Origin: a virus
IMG/VR virus record: IMGVR_UViG_3300031565_000179
DNA length: 35,481 bases
Direction: 5' to 3' (one strand)
The notes under the pieces are model-generated. The model made no database searches and was not told the origin of the DNA. It saw only the letters and a program-made list of their open reading frames with translations. This document shows, one piece after another, positions 25,792 to 34,237 of this stretch (the first letter of the stretch is position 1; every line of letters starts with the position of its first letter). Position numbers and translations under genes: made by a program.

Positions 25792-26016
25792 ATGGACATT
25801 GTCGTTTGTTCACAATGCGGGCAAAACATGGCCCGAATAGAAACCGTTGACGGGGTCGAAAAGGACTGGGAAAGGGACACGCCCGTTTGTCCGCAATGCC
25901 GCGGGGTCCCAGGGGCCCAACCGCTGAAGCGGAACCGAAACGTCCTGGGGGGCTTCCCGTGGAAGCGGGACGCCAGCGGGAAGAAGGTCCCGAAGTGGAT
26001 ATCGGCGGGACCATAA
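25792..26016 (+). CDS. Zinc-ribbon protein
   Basis: 74 aa from ATG 25792 after GAAAGGGGGAAAT. Contains CSQC...CPQC. Confidence 0.6.
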   Translation: MDIVVCSQCGQNMARIETVDGVEKDWERDTPVCPQCRGVPGAQPLKRNRNVLGGFPWKRDASGKKVPKWISAGP

Positions 26017-26492
26017 GCGGGGCCGTCTTCAGTGAAAGCGAATGCCGACGCTTCCGCTTCGCGCTTTGGCGGGTATGGGACCAGGCGAAACCCGCGCTTC
26101 TTTTCATAGGCTTGAACCCGTCCACGGCGACCGAATACCAGGACGACCCGACCATTGTCCGCGTCGCCCGCTTCGCCCGCGAAAACGGTTGGGGCGGCCT
26201 ATTCGTCGGGAACCTATTCGACCAGGTAACGGCGAACCCTGGGAACCTGGACATGACGCGGGACCAGGCTTCCAACGACGAAGCCCTTCGCCAAATGCGG
26301 GGGCTTTGTTCGGCGACCCTGGCCGGTTGGGGCCATTTCGGGGACCTGGCGCGGACCAGGCCCGAAGAAGTCCTGGCCCTGGTCGGGAACCCCGTCTTAT
26401 GCCTGGGGAAAACGAAGGACGGCTGGCCGAAACACCCGCTTTACTTGAAGGCGGACACGCCGTTCATTACATACGAAAGGGGGACAATATGA
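25995..26492 (+). CDS. DUF1643-family protein
   Basis: About 165 aa. ...FRFALWRVWD..KPALLFIGLNPSTA...DDPTI.R...FA...GWGGLFVGNLF...AGWG...CLGKTKDGWPKHPLYL matches the DUF1643 pattern. The start is uncertain: GTG 25995 is favoured, while the track start at 25887 overlaps the zinc-ribbon gene. Confidence 0.6.
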   Translation: MDIGGTISGAVFSESECRRFRFALWRVWDQAKPALLFIGLNPSTATEYQDDPTIVRVARFARENGWGGLFVGNLFDQVTANPGNLDMTRDQASNDEALRQMRGLCSATLAGWGHFGDLARTRPEEVLALVGNPVLCLGKTKDGWPKHPLYLKADTPFITYERGTI

Positions 26493-26752
26493 AGACCGAA
26501 TTCACTTGCCCGTCCGGTCACACGGTCCAGGCGACCGAACTTCATTCTTACGTTAGCTTGACCGAAGGGGACCTGAACGAAGGGATTACTTTCGCTTGCC
26601 CTGGCGGGAAGCGCGGCCATACCTTCACGCTGAAGAAGGCCGTCGCGTCGGGTATGTTCACGGAAGAAGAAGCCGCCAATATCCGCGCCGGCGGCGAACG
26701 GTATCGCCAGGACAACGAAGCCGCGGTCACGGCGTCGGGGAAGGCGAAGTGA
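26489..26752 (+). CDS. Small hypothetical protein (CPSGH...CPGG, possible zinc site)
   Basis: 87 aa from ATG 26489 after GAAAGGGGGACAAT, with an ATGA overlap to the upstream stop. Confidence 0.55.
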   Translation: MKTEFTCPSGHTVQATELHSYVSLTEGDLNEGITFACPGGKRGHTFTLKKAVASGMFTEEEAANIRAGGERYRQDNEAAVTASGKAK

Positions 26753-27186
26753 AGGCGTTATCGTTTCGGGAACCCTGGGCGACCCTGGCGGTCCTGGGCC
26801 TGAAGCCCGTGGACAACCGGCCCTGGCGAACGGCCTTCCGCGGCCTGATATACATTCACGCGTCCGACGCCCCCGATTACTACCCGCCGCCATATACGGA
26901 AGAATGGTTGAACGCGAACCTGGAACCCGCGGACCGCGAACTATTCCAGGCGACCCCGCGGACCAGGGGGGCGATTATCGGCGAAGCGGTCCTGGTTGAT
27001 TGTCTTCGCCAGGGCCAGGAACCGCTTTTCCCTGAATATCGGTCGCCCGTCCAGTGGTCGCCGTGGTTCGTCGGCGGATACGGCCTTGTCCTGGCGGACC
27101 CGAAACGATACGATACGCCTATACCATACAAGGGCGCGCTGAAGCTATTCGAAGTCAATCTTGAAGGGGGTATCAATGGCGAATAA
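26749..27186 (+). CDS. ASCH-domain (PUA-like fold) protein
   Basis: 145 aa from GTG 26749 (GTGA overlap). LSFREPWATLAVLGLKPVDNRPWRTAFRGLIYIHAS matches the ASCH N-terminal signature. Confidence 0.55.
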   Translation: MKALSFREPWATLAVLGLKPVDNRPWRTAFRGLIYIHASDAPDYYPPPYTEEWLNANLEPADRELFQATPRTRGAIIGEAVLVDCLRQGQEPLFPEYRSPVQWSPWFVGGYGLVLADPKRYDTPIPYKGALKLFEVNLEGGINGE

Positions 27187-27469
27187 GAAGGGCGGGAAAC
27201 AAGTCTTCAATGCAAAGCGCGAACCGCTTTTCCGTTGCGGGTTCCCGAATTGCGGGGCCATATTCGCGAAGGAACCAGGCAAGCCCGACGCCTGTATCAA
27301 GCATAGGAACTTGATTGAAGACGTCGTGTTCATAATGAACCACCTGGGGGAACCGCCGCCGGCGGAAGGGCCAGCGACGGACCAGGGCCCGAAGCTATAT
27401 ATCCCGAAGCCTGGCATGGGGGACCAGGCAATAAAAGAAGCGCGACAAGCGCAAAGGGGGAAACCATGA
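27176..27469 (+). CDS. Small hypothetical protein
   Basis: 97 aa from ATG 27176 after GAAGGGGG. Contains C..C...C.KH. Confidence 0.5.
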   Translation: MANKKGGKQVFNAKREPLFRCGFPNCGAIFAKEPGKPDACIKHRNLIEDVVFIMNHLGEPPPAEGPATDQGPKLYIPKPGMGDQAIKEARQAQRGKP

Positions 27470-28566
27470 AGGTTAGACAAGACGAAGACCGGCGGGTAAT
27501 ATATGAACCTGGCGACGTCGTCGGCGTCGCGAATTACTCATTCCTGGGTAAACTGGCCCGCTTCCTATTCACCCCGCGGACCGCGCTTTACCACTTCCTA
27601 TTGATTGACGCTTACCTGGCCGGCGAAGACGATTATTCCATAATCGAAAGCGTCGCGAAGGGCCCGACAATGGGCCGGCTTTCCTGGTATCGGGGCCGCG
27701 ATTACCAGGTCTTCAGGGTCAACGACGAACACGCGAAATTCTGGTTCGTCTTCAACAACCACAAGCTTCGATTGAACGCGTCGCGGTCGTTCGACCAACT
27801 GGGCCAAATCGTCGTCGAAAAGGCGTCACGGTTCGGCCGTCACGGATACGACTTCACGCTATACCTGAAGCTTCTGGTCGGGGTCCTTCAGTTCCAGGCC
27901 GGCCGCCTGGTCCACGGGAAAGCCCCGCGCCGCATGGGACCCGCCGACATTCCATACGCCAGGGACCAGGCTTTCATTTGTACCGAACTTGTCTTCGAAG
28001 CCTGGCGCGCGGTCGGCATTCAACTTCGGGCCCCTGGTCATGCCCCGTTACCTTGTGAATATGTCCTGGCGGAAACCCGCGGCGAACTGGTTCGGATTGA
28101 CTTCCACAACGGGACGAAGGGGCAAGCTTGGCGGGAACGTGTTCGGGACATTCGCGCGGTTCCAGGAAGGGTTGACGAAATACTGAAGGACCTGGACAAA
28201 CGGCCGACCACGGTCGTCAATATCCCGCGGGAAACCCTGGAAGCGGGCAAGCCGAACCGTGACATTATCGGCCGCCAGGCGGGACAAAAGCGGAACCGCG
28301 TCCACGTTTACCGGCAACCCTACGGCTACCCGATACGCCTTTGCGACTGGATTATGGTCGAAAAGACCGACATTGAAGAAGTCGGGCAATGCCAGGGCGT
28401 CGCGGGTCCCGCCGACGATATTCAGGTATTGGCCGCCGCCCTGGACTGGCGGGAAAACGCGGGCGACCGGATATGCCGGCATTGCCGCGCGGTCGCCGTC
28501 GGGAAACGGACGCCAATCGGAATGAGTAACCACGGACACGGGAAGGGGGCCGACATTGAACGATAA
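27466..28566 (+). CDS. Permuted papain-fold (YiiX/C92, NlpC/P60-superfamily-like) hydrolase with a C-terminal extension
   Basis: 366 aa. It shows GDVVGV...YHFLLID...IIESV...YDF...AFICTELVFEAWRAVGI, the His-then-Cys order of permuted NlpC/P60 enzymes. The C-terminal 170 aa or so carry CRHC. Confidence 0.45.
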   Translation: MKVRQDEDRRVIYEPGDVVGVANYSFLGKLARFLFTPRTALYHFLLIDAYLAGEDDYSIIESVAKGPTMGRLSWYRGRDYQVFRVNDEHAKFWFVFNNHKLRLNASRSFDQLGQIVVEKASRFGRHGYDFTLYLKLLVGVLQFQAGRLVHGKAPRRMGPADIPYARDQAFICTELVFEAWRAVGIQLRAPGHAPLPCEYVLAETRGELVRIDFHNGTKGQAWRERVRDIRAVPGRVDEILKDLDKRPTTVVNIPRETLEAGKPNRDIIGRQAGQKRNRVHVYRQPYGYPIRLCDWIMVEKTDIEEVGQCQGVAGPADDIQVLAAALDWRENAGDRICRHCRAVAVGKRTPIGMSNHGHGKGADIER

Positions 28567-28744
28567 CCCACGCCTGGCCGCCGCGGAAGAAAAGGGGCGT
28601 CAAGCCGCCCGCGAAGGCAAGCCCCGAACCGCTTGTCCGTATGGCGACAACCGAACATATCGCGGGGCGATTACCTGGTCGCGCGGCTATATTCGGGCGT
28701 GGTTGGAAGGATACGATAATGAACGAAAAGCCGCGAAGTCATAA
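28556..28744 (+). CDS. Rmf/CrpP-like small protein (ribosome modulation factor fold candidate)
   Basis: 62 aa with a TTG start after GAAGGGGG. GRQAAREGKPRTACPYGD...W..GY...WLEGY resembles the RMF motif G..AG..G....CPY....W..GW. Confidence 0.4.
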   Translation: MNDNPRLAAAEEKGRQAAREGKPRTACPYGDNRTYRGAITWSRGYIRAWLEGYDNERKAAKS

Positions 28745-29393
28745 GAAGACGGTCCGTCCTTGGAACGCGCTTCGGGCCGACGAACGCCAGGAATACTTCT
28801 TCCTGGTATATGAACAAATGGGGGTTACGCGAACCCTGAAGCGATTGTGGGGGCTTGTCCGCGGCGTCGGGGCGGAAATATCCCTGAAGACCCTGGAACG
28901 GTATTCGTCCGATTACGGTTGGCAAGCGAAGATACTGGAACGGGCCGCCAGGCATGAAAGCGCGGGGTTCGTTGACGTCCAGGACCAGGTTGACCGAATG
29001 AACGAAGAACACGCGCGGACCTTCAAGGATATTGGCGCGCTGGTCACGGCGGGGATAAAACACTGGAACCAGGAAATCGAAAAGAAGGTCGCGGCGGGCA
29101 TGGCCCCGACCCTGGACATTGACCTTCAGACTATCGGCAAGCTGGCCCAAACGTTCCAATATGGCGAACGCCTGGCCCGTGGACTTGCCACGTCGAAGGC
29201 CGAAGTCATTATCGAAGTCCTTCCGCCGCTGGTCAAGGATATGTTCGCCGTCTTCCTGGCCGTCAACGTTATCACGAACGACCCGCCCGAACTGGTCCGG
29301 AAGCGGGAAGCCGAATTCATTCAGCGCGGCGACCAGGTCTTGAACACTTATTACGGGAAGACGAAGGCACTTCCCGAAAGGGGGACACAATGA
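28719..29393 (+). CDS. Small terminase subunit candidate (HTH DNA-binding N-terminus)
   Basis: About 224 aa from ATG 28719 (alternative start 28641). Contains ...QMGVTRTLKRLWGLV...ISLKTLERYSSDYGWQAKI and a helical C-terminus. It lies upstream of terL, and the call rests mainly on position. Confidence 0.35.
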   Translation: MNEKPRSHKKTVRPWNALRADERQEYFFLVYEQMGVTRTLKRLWGLVRGVGAEISLKTLERYSSDYGWQAKILERAARHESAGFVDVQDQVDRMNEEHARTFKDIGALVTAGIKHWNQEIEKKVAAGMAPTLDIDLQTIGKLAQTFQYGERLARGLATSKAEVIIEVLPPLVKDMFAVFLAVNVITNDPPELVRKREAEFIQRGDQVLNTYYGKTKALPERGTQ

Positions 29394-29629
29394 CAGAATG
29401 GAAAAGGAAACACGCGTTCGTCGGGGAACTTCGCCGCTTCCTTCGCCGCTTCCGTATCGTTGAAATGAAGACGGAAGTCCTGGCCGAAGCGGAATGCGTC
29501 GAACCATATACGGAACGGGAACCAGGCGAACACCCAGGGCAAGCGACCCTTATCGGTCAATGTCAATTCCGGCCGACGGGCCGCTTCGTGGTCAATATCA
29601 GCTTGACGGGATACTGGCGGGATAAATGA
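29390..29629 (+). CDS. Hypothetical protein
   Basis: 79 aa with RBS GAAAGGGGGACACA and an ATGA overlap. Confidence 0.5.
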   Translation: MTEWKRKHAFVGELRRFLRRFRIVEMKTEVLAEAECVEPYTEREPGEHPGQATLIGQCQFRPTGRFVVNISLTGYWRDK

Positions 29630-30084
29630 AAGGGGCTTGCCATAAATGCGGGGCCCCGCTGAAGAAGGGGAATATCAAGGTCGTTCGTCCCAGGGGGAAG
29701 AAGCGGCCCTGGCGTGAATGCCGGCGTTGTCCTGAAGTGAAGCCGCAATCGTCCTTCCTGGAAATCGCGCATAAATACAAGCCGCCAGGGAACGCTTCGG
29801 CTTTGTTCGGAACCGCGGGGAACGGCCTTCAGCGGCCCCAGGACACAACGGGCGGCCCCGTCACTTACGAAGGGGTATTCGCCGTCGAGCCGCCGACCAG
29901 GTATCGCTTCTTTATGACCCAGGACCAGGCGGCTCGCGTCCGTGAACGACTGGCGAAGACAATCCTTATACCAGGCTTCGGCGTTGGGTTCGAAGTGATA
30001 CCCGTCCCCGATTACCAGGTCGAAGCGGACCCCGACGCCTTCGCGGACCTGGTCGAAGTGAAAGTTGAATGGAAGAATGAGTAA
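29626..30084 (+). CDS. Zinc-ribbon hypothetical protein
   Basis: 152 aa. Contains CHKCG...CRRC. Confidence 0.5.
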   Translation: MKGACHKCGAPLKKGNIKVVRPRGKKRPWRECRRCPEVKPQSSFLEIAHKYKPPGNASALFGTAGNGLQRPQDTTGGPVTYEGVFAVEPPTRYRFFMTQDQAARVRERLAKTILIPGFGVGFEVIPVPDYQVEADPDAFADLVEVKVEWKNE

Positions 30085-30123
30085 CTTTAGTGAACCACGG
30101 TTGACAAAAGTTACCTTTTGGCT

Positions 30124-31614
30124 ATGATAACACGACAACCGTATCTATTGAAGGACGCCGCCGCTTCGGTCGAAATCCGGAAGCGGGAAAACCTGGCGAA
30201 CTGGACCAGGACGCCGGCGTCGCTGGCCGAACACATATCCCGCGGGGCTTACACACGGCCGCGCCATGTCGAATACTTGTCCGAACGTATCGCCGAAGTC
30301 GCCCTGGGCCAACGCTTCTTCGTGCTAACCGTCCCGCCCCAACACGGGAAAAGCGAACTTATTTCACACTGGACCGCCGTCTGGTTCCTGAAGAAGTTCC
30401 CCTGGAAGAAGGTCGGCCTGGCGTCTTACGAAATGCAATACGCCGCCGAATGGGGCGGCAAGGCGAAGGACACAATATCCGACAACCCCGACGAACTGGG
30501 GCTTCAGCTTCGCCAGGATACGCAAGCGAAGGGCCGCTGGAACCTTCGGGGATATGGCGGCGGAATGTTCGTCGCCGGTATCGGGGGCCCGTTTACCGGC
30601 CGCGGCTTCGACCTGGTTATCATTGACGACCCTATTAAAAACGACGCCGAAGCCCTTTCCGACGTTTACCGCCGGCGGAACTGGAACTGGTATCGGTCGG
30701 TCGCCAGGACCAGGCTTGCCCCTGGCGGTTCGATAATCGTCATTATGACACGCTGGCATGAACAAGACCTGGCGGGGGCCTTGTTGGGGAACCCGCCCCA
30801 GGAAGAAGACGAAGGCCGCGTCCTGGAAGTTGAAAGCGACGTCGAACCGGACCCCTGGGAAGTTATCAACCTTCCCGCCCTGGCGGAAGAAAACGACGTC
30901 CTGGGGCGGAAGGTCGGGGAAGCCCTTTGGCCCGAACGATACGACGACGTCGCCCTGAAGAAGCTTCGAATATCGTCCGGTCCGTTTTGGTGGTCGGCCC
31001 AATACCGCGGGAAGCCGCAACCGGAAGGCGGCGGCATTATCAAGACGGCCTGGTTCAAGTCGTATGAAGAAAAGGACTTTCCGCGGGTCTGGTCCCGCTT
31101 AATTCAGATATGGGACACGGCCCACAAGGAAAAGCAACGGCATGACCGTTCGGCGTGTTTGACTATCGGATACCAGCGGAAGCCGACGCGCTTCTTCCTT
31201 CTGGACCTATACGTCGCCAGGCTTACCTTCCCCGAATTGACCAGGGCGGCGACCGCGCAATATGATAAATGGAACCCCGACCGCGTCCTGATTGAAGACA
31301 AGTCTTCCGGAATATCCCTTATTCAGCAATTACGGGTTGATAGCGGCGTCCCGCTTCGGGCGGTCAAGGCCATTGACGACAAGGTCACGCGGGCCCATAC
31401 CGTCACGGGCATTATGGAAGTCGGTCAAGTCCTGGTCCCCGTCCGCGCTTCCTGGTTGGCGGACTTCCTGAAGGAAATCGGGGACTTCCCGAACGGGGCC
31501 CATGACGATATTGTTGACGTCCTGGTCCACGGACTTCGGGCCCTGAAGCCGCGGTTGAAGGGACTGGAAGTCGGCGTCATGTCCGAAGAAAAGAAGTCCC
31601 GTTGGCGCGATTGA
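30124..31614 (+). CDS. terL: Terminase large subunit
   Basis: About 496 aa. Walker A-like VPPQHGKSE and Walker B LVIIDDP are present. Nuclease motifs are IWDTA, LIEDKSSG and GAHDDIVDVLVHG. The start is ambiguous (TTG 30118 or ATG 30124), and no AAGGGGG RBS precedes it. Confidence 0.85.
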   Translation: MITRQPYLLKDAAASVEIRKRENLANWTRTPASLAEHISRGAYTRPRHVEYLSERIAEVALGQRFFVLTVPPQHGKSELISHWTAVWFLKKFPWKKVGLASYEMQYAAEWGGKAKDTISDNPDELGLQLRQDTQAKGRWNLRGYGGGMFVAGIGGPFTGRGFDLVIIDDPIKNDAEALSDVYRRRNWNWYRSVARTRLAPGGSIIVIMTRWHEQDLAGALLGNPPQEEDEGRVLEVESDVEPDPWEVINLPALAEENDVLGRKVGEALWPERYDDVALKKLRISSGPFWWSAQYRGKPQPEGGGIIKTAWFKSYEEKDFPRVWSRLIQIWDTAHKEKQRHDRSACLTIGYQRKPTRFFLLDLYVARLTFPELTRAATAQYDKWNPDRVLIEDKSSGISLIQQLRVDSGVPLRAVKAIDDKVTRAHTVTGIMEVGQVLVPVRASWLADFLKEIGDFPNGAHDDIVDVLVHGLRALKPRLKGLEVGVMSEEKKSRWRD

Positions 31615-31634
31615 CCAGGCATGAACTTTCGATA

Positions 31635-31671
31635 GTGTCAACTTGACACAATGGAAAGTTCCATTTAATAT
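31635..31671 (+). promoter_or_regulatory. Promoter TTGACA-N17-TAATAT with palindrome GTGTCAA-C-TTGACAC over the -35
   Basis: -35 at 31643-31648 and -10 at 31666-31671. The palindrome spans 31635-31649 and shares GTCAACTTGACAC with the origin iterons. Confidence 0.5.
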
Positions 31672-31710
31672 TACATAAACGGCCGAATTTATACCTGAAG
31701 GGGGTTGAAC

Positions 31711-33126
31711 ATGGTTACACAAAGCCGACCAGGATATACCCCGCCCGACCCGAATTCAAAACGTAGTCAACGCCGCCAGGAAGAAGGGCGGCGTTCCTAT
31801 AAATACCAGGGCGACGGGGACGGGAAGTTCCGGACCATAATCGGCGTCACTGGGTTGAAGCACCTGGGCGGCCGTATCCGTGAAGAATACCTGAACGCAA
31901 TCAAAAGCTGGTCCAGCGAAATCAAGCTATACCTGGAAATGAGGGACGACCCGATTATCGGGGCCCAACTGGACGCAATCAAGCTTCCCCTTCAGGCGGC
32001 CGAAATAACGGTCGAACCGGCCCCAGGTGGGGCCCCGAACGACGAAGCCGCCGCCGAATGGCTTTACGAAAACATGACCAATATGGACGGGCAAACGTGG
32101 AATTCCCATGTCGAAGACGCCCTGGAAATCCTGGACTTCGGGTTCGCCCTGGGCGAAATTATCCTGGACAAGCGGGCCGACGGCCGGCTTTGGCTTCGGA
32201 ACATTGACCCGCGCGGCCAGGAAAGCTTGAACCGTTGGGAATATGACCCAGTCGAAAGGGACAAGCTTCGATACTTCATTCAACAGGACCCGAATTCAGG
32301 CGAAACGTTCGACATACCGATTGCGAAATGCGTTCACCACAAGTTCCGCGGCCGGAAGGGAAACCCCCAGGGCCATTCGATACTTCGGGCCCTGTATCGG
32401 CCTTATAAGTTCGCCCGCAACCTGGAAGACCTGGAAGGTATCGGCATTGAACGCGACGTCGGCGGAATGCCGGTCGCGAAGCTGAAGGAAGGCGGTTACG
32501 AAGACAACGACATTGAAGCTATAAAGAAGGCCCTGAAGGGGCTTCGGAAGGACGAAGAAGTTTACCTTATCGAACCCGAAGGCGTGGACATTCGCGCTTA
32601 CGCCGGCGGGTCGAAGATATACGACACGAACGTCGTCATTGACCGCTGGCATAAGATTATGTTAATGCGTTTCTTTTCCCAGTTCTTAATCCTGGGAATG
32701 GGGAACGTCGGGACCCAGGCCCTTGTCAAAGGTTCCCAGGACTTCTTCGGCCTGGCCCTTGAAGCGGTCCAGCGTTACCTTCTGGAAACCTGGAACCTTC
32801 AACTGGTCCCGTACCTTTTCAAGTTCAACCAGTGGCAAGGCATTTCAGGCTATCCGACAATCACCTGGGAAAAGCCAGGCCGCGTTGACCTGGCGGCCCT
32901 TATCAATTCATTGAATACCGCGGTCGGGGCGAAGATATTGACGCCGACCGACCTTGACGAAGACCACATTCGCGCGATTGCGGACCTTCCGGACCTTCCC
33001 GACGACGTACGGGGGGCCCCGCGTGACGTGGAAACGCCGCCCCTGGGCGGGTTGTTCGACCTTCCCCGAAAGCTTGAAGACCTGGGCGACCAGGTCGCGG
33101 GGTTAGTGAAGGCGGGGGCGAAATAA
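31711..33126 (+). CDS. Portal protein (Mu gp29/DUF935-like)
   Basis: About 471 aa from ATG 31711 (the track start TTG 31705 is too close to the RBS). ...YLEMRDDPIIGAQLDAIKLPLQAAEITVEP...AAAEWLYENM resembles DUF935 portals. It sits between terL and the MuF-like gene. Confidence 0.7.
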   Translation: MVTQSRPGYTPPDPNSKRSQRRQEEGRRSYKYQGDGDGKFRTIIGVTGLKHLGGRIREEYLNAIKSWSSEIKLYLEMRDDPIIGAQLDAIKLPLQAAEITVEPAPGGAPNDEAAAEWLYENMTNMDGQTWNSHVEDALEILDFGFALGEIILDKRADGRLWLRNIDPRGQESLNRWEYDPVERDKLRYFIQQDPNSGETFDIPIAKCVHHKFRGRKGNPQGHSILRALYRPYKFARNLEDLEGIGIERDVGGMPVAKLKEGGYEDNDIEAIKKALKGLRKDEEVYLIEPEGVDIRAYAGGSKIYDTNVVIDRWHKIMLMRFFSQFLILGMGNVGTQALVKGSQDFFGLALEAVQRYLLETWNLQLVPYLFKFNQWQGISGYPTITWEKPGRVDLAALINSLNTAVGAKILTPTDLDEDHIRAIADLPDLPDDVRGAPRDVETPPLGGLFDLPRKLEDLGDQVAGLVKAGAK

Positions 33127-33953
33127 TGGGCGTATCACTGAAGCGGCGGCCGACCTTCCAGGCCCGACCGAAAGCGGGGCAAAAGCAACGTATCGGTTCG
33201 GGGTCCTATGAAGAACGGACCAACCGCCAGCAACGGAAGATTGTATCAACGTTCGACGCCTGGGTCGCCGCGCTGAAGCGGGACCTATTGTCCAGGGCGA
33301 AGGGGGGGGCGACGCTTCCCGAACTTTCGGCTTACCTGGACCGCCAGGTCCCGAAGCTTGAAGAACACCTGGTCGGAGTTATGACCAAAGGCATTGAAAC
33401 CGCGGTCAAGACCGTTGCGGGGGGACGGGCGGACCTTCCACAGATACGCGCGAAGGCCGAACGCATGGTCGCCGACAACGTCGCCCTGGTCCGTGAAAAC
33501 CTGGTCCCGCATATTCACGAAAAGCTTTCCCTGGCCCTGGCGGTCGCGGTCCCTGGCCTGGTTATCGGGGGCCTGGCCGTTGAACAACAAAGGTCCGTCG
33601 CCCTGGCAATCAAGAACGCGTCGGCCGCGACCAGGTCGGCCCCCGCCCAATATGCCGGCGGTTACTGGGTCGCGATATTCGAAACCGAAAAGACCCTGGG
33701 GGGCGTCCGCGAAGAAGAACGGGCCGCCCAGGGATTGAAGCCCGAACCCGTCAAGTGGAACCTGGACCCGCGGGCGGAACATTGCAAGCCGTCGGCGGGC
33801 TTTTATGGTTGTCCGGAACTGGCGAAGGTTTATACGTCCTGGTCCCAACTTCCGACGGTCCCCGCGGGACAAGTCACTTGCCGCGGGAATTGCCGTTGTC
33901 ATTTGACTGTTTACCGCGACGGCCAATGGCGTCGCGGGGTATTCGAAGATTAA
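33126..33953 (+). CDS. Mu F-like / SPP1 gp7-like head morphogenesis protein
   Basis: 275 aa with a TAATG overlap to the portal gene. The C-terminus ...HCKPSAGFYGC...CRGNCRCHLTVY is typical of the Phage_Mu_F family. Confidence 0.65.
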   Translation: MGVSLKRRPTFQARPKAGQKQRIGSGSYEERTNRQQRKIVSTFDAWVAALKRDLLSRAKGGATLPELSAYLDRQVPKLEEHLVGVMTKGIETAVKTVAGGRADLPQIRAKAERMVADNVALVRENLVPHIHEKLSLALAVAVPGLVIGGLAVEQQRSVALAIKNASAATRSAPAQYAGGYWVAIFETEKTLGGVREEERAAQGLKPEPVKWNLDPRAEHCKPSAGFYGCPELAKVYTSWSQLPTVPAGQVTCRGNCRCHLTVYRDGQWRRGVFED

Positions 33954-33969
33954 GCGGAAGGGGGTTATT

Positions 33970-34236
33970 ATGCCGACTAACGCAATGAGAATTCAGCGCA
34001 TGGCGGACAGTTCGTTCGACGTGAAAGTATGGGGCCCCGACGGGGTCCAGAAGAACTTGACGGCCCAATTCCAGCAAATCACGGGACCCGAAGCCCCGTC
34101 CACATTCAAGCAACGAATATTCCTGGCGAATGCTTCTTACCATACGGAAGTCGAATTCACGTCACCCGAATTTGACCTTCGTTATAAGCTTGACCCTGAA
34201 GTCGCGAAGCAACTGGTCGCGATTGCGGAAGCGTAA
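33970..34236 (+). CDS. Hypothetical protein
   Basis: 88 aa with RBS GAAGGGGG. Confidence 0.55.
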   Translation: MPTNAMRIQRMADSSFDVKVWGPDGVQKNLTAQFQQITGPEAPSTFKQRIFLANASYHTEVEFTSPEFDLRYKLDPEVAKQLVAIAEA

Positions 34237-34237
34237 A

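Noticed and set aside
25887-25994. ATG 25887 as the start of the DUF1643 gene
   Set aside because: It would overlap the zinc-ribbon gene by about 130 nt with a low-complexity Pro/Arg/Gly leader. DUF1643 homology begins just after GTG 25995. The exact start remains uncertain.
30101-30128. TTGACA-N16-TATGAT as a bona fide terL promoter
   Set aside because: Transcription would start downstream of the only plausible ATG of terL. It is kept as a curiosity in the findings, not as a feature.
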